DNA of 28,023 bases from a virus (Duplodnaviria; Caudoviricetes). Under the pieces are notes generated by a model. It was not told the DNA's origin and ran no database searches. It saw only the letters and a program-made list of their open reading frames with translations. The translations under genes and the position numbers were made by a program. This document shows positions 26,466-28,023 of the stretch, in pieces. The stretch is from IMG/VR virus record IMGVR_UViG_3300032274_000036, positions 1-28,023 of that record. One strand, written 5' to 3'. The stretch's first letter is position 1. Each line of letters opens with the position of its first letter.

Positions 26466-27092
26466 ATGCTACAGTGGCAATATCAGCCTTTTGATGTAGT
26501 TTTATTCAGTGGTAAAGGTCTCGTATCACGTGTGATCCAACTTGGAACGGGGAGTGAATGGTCTCATGTTGCTCTGGTGGTACCTGATAGCACTCAAGAG
26601 GATGGTGTAGCTCTTCTGGAGAGTACGACACTGTCGGACGTACCTTGCCTTGATGCTGGCGTTCCAATGAAGGGGGTAATGAGGGTTCCCATTGAGGAAC
26701 GCGTGAGTACATATGATGGGAAGATTGCTGTACGTTCGATAGAAGGTCCAGTAAGTCCTGCTCAGGTTCTACAGTGTGCGATTGAAGAGAAGACTTATAT
26801 GGGCAGGCCTTACGAGGAAAACCAACTTGAGCTTGCGAGTTCTGCTTTAGATGCAACAGGACTACTGACCAATCAGGAAGATATGTCTTCAGTGTTCTGC
26901 TCTGAGTTAACAGCCACTGTACTAATCGCATGTAATATCCTTTCTAAAGATAGGGCTACAAATGAGTACACCCCTGCTGACTTCTCGTTAGAGGACGGCA
27001 ACGTTCAGCTTAGGGATGGGTACTCATGGGGTGAACAGGTAGTAGTCAAGGAAGAGAAGCAGCTTAGCTTCCTACAGAGGCTACTTAGTTAA
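26466..27092 (+). CDS. Permuted papain-like amidase (YaeF/YiiX, peptidase C92 family)
   Basis: DVVLF, WSHVALV (His), GRPY, FCSEL (Cys), YTPADF; His precedes Cys, the permuted NlpC/P60 order. Confidence 0.85.
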   Translation: MLQWQYQPFDVVLFSGKGLVSRVIQLGTGSEWSHVALVVPDSTQEDGVALLESTTLSDVPCLDAGVPMKGVMRVPIEERVSTYDGKIAVRSIEGPVSPAQVLQCAIEEKTYMGRPYEENQLELASSALDATGLLTNQEDMSSVFCSELTATVLIACNILSKDRATNEYTPADFSLEDGNVQLRDGYSWGEQVVVKEEKQLSFLQRLLS

Positions 27093-27553
27093 ATCATCCC
27101 GTAGCGCAACTTATTCAATGTAGTGTACTCCTCTGTGACATCCCCTTCTTCAAGGCTGTCACCCATATGTTGTGACTCTTTCATATCTCCCAGTAGGCCA
27201 TCTACTGCCTGTGATAAAGTGGGTTGCTCATCTAGGTAAGAGTAGGATGCAGCAGCGTAGACAATAATATCCAACAGTTCCTTCTGGGCCTCATCTGGTT
27301 GAAAGTGATTCAACTCTGGGGCCTTCTTCATGATCTGTCCTAGTGGGAACTCGATACCCCCTAGCATACGTTGGATCTGCATGATAGGCTGCTCATTGAA
27401 AGGTAGCCCCATGCCATGACGCTCTGCTCCCTTGCCCTCTGATGCACGCTCGAATGCTTTCATCAAGGCATAGAGAAGTTCATCATAACCCTCCTTCTGT
27501 TTCATCGCTGTTTGCAACATCTGTGATATCTTTAGGCTGATTTTTGATTGCAT
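27089..27553 (-). CDS. Phage hypothetical protein (GKG.ERH motif, helical)
   Basis: ASEGKGAERHG..LPF.EQPI...GQIMKKA.E...ELLDIIVYAAA; start uncertain. Confidence 0.7.
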   Translation of the reverse strand: MQSKISLKISQMLQTAMKQKEGYDELLYALMKAFERASEGKGAERHGMGLPFNEQPIMQIQRMLGGIEFPLGQIMKKAPELNHFQPDEAQKELLDIIVYAAASYSYLDEQPTLSQAVDGLLGDMKESQHMGDSLEEGDVTEEYTTLNKLRYGMI

Positions 27554-27860
27554 CTAATTGTTCCTTGCTCATTATTAAAGGTCTGATTGCAAACTCCTGT
27601 CGCAGCATAGACATCCTTGCATCCACTGCATCACCGAAGTTCTCTAAGCGGTCTCTAGGTAGGCAAATGTGTAGGTACTGTGCCAGCCTCATGTAAGCTG
27701 ACACAGCGTGCTCTATTGCCTCTTGTGGTTCATCGTCCCATACTCCTATCTCTTCTAGGTCATCCTCTAAGGCGGCGTGGACTCCTGCTTTGGACATCTC
27801 TGGCCACCTAGAGGCAAAGTAATCTGCTATGCTCAATAGGGAATCAACTTGTTTAGGCAC
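27483..27860 (-). CDS. Hypothetical protein
   Basis: 125-aa ORF, GTG start after AGGA, directly downstream of the RyR-domain gene. Confidence 0.7.
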   Translation of the reverse strand: MPKQVDSLLSIADYFASRWPEMSKAGVHAALEDDLEEIGVWDDEPQEAIEHAVSAYMRLAQYLHICLPRDRLENFGDAVDARMSMLRQEFAIRPLIMSKEQLDAIKNQPKDITDVANSDETEGGL

Positions 27861-27870
27861 AGTTAGTTTC

Positions 27871-28023
27871 CTATCCTACCATATTAGACAATGAATGTAC
27901 TATCTGCCTGAAGATGTAGTCCTTAGCTTGTTGCTCTACAGGAAGCTCATTAAAGGGCACATAACAAGGGTGTTCCTTCTTTACTTCATCTTTAACAGGA
28001 CCATACTTCCACCCAGCTTCAGT
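27871..28023 (-). CDS. RyR-repeat domain protein, 3' part (starts beyond the window)
   Basis: Not in the ORF track. Manual translation TEAGWKYGPVKDEVKKEHPCYVPFNELPVEQQAKDYIFRQIVHSLSNMVG*, matching the RyR signature GW.YG...D...K.HP.(L)VP(Y/F)..L....K/D. Confidence 0.85.
   Translation of the reverse strand, partial: TEAGWKYGPVKDEVKKEHPCYVPFNELPVEQQAKDYIFRQIVHSLSNMVG

Overview
Part of a lytic podovirus-type dsDNA phage genome. A complete rightward morphogenesis arm (2528-27092) runs: small and large terminase, portal, scaffold, major capsid, decoration protein, several tail fibre/spike genes, adaptor, nozzle, GNAT-like protein, internal virion proteins, a lysozyme-like protein and a permuted papain-like (C92) amidase. 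It is flanked by leftward genes: small early-type genes at 1-1862 and the end of a leftward arm at 27089-28023. Gene order and sigma70-type promoters suggest a Zobellviridae-like (SIO1/VpV262/PA11-type) phage; this is inference, not a database result. The most interesting element is in the leftward early region. A sigma70 promoter (1925-1897) precedes a 71-aa Arg/Lys-rich protein, then a ~430-nt stretch with no long ORF (about 1645-1208) that hand-folds into a nested, closed, G-U-rich RNA structure, then an RNase III-like hairpin over the next RBS. This is a candidate large phage ncRNA with a possible RNA-binding partner. Other notable items: a CTATAGTG motif clustered in the divergent control region and at two promoters, a G-quadruplex motif, a compositionally foreign two-gene tailspike cassette, a pentapeptide-repeat gene and a RyR-domain gene. 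All folding and motif calls were made by eye.
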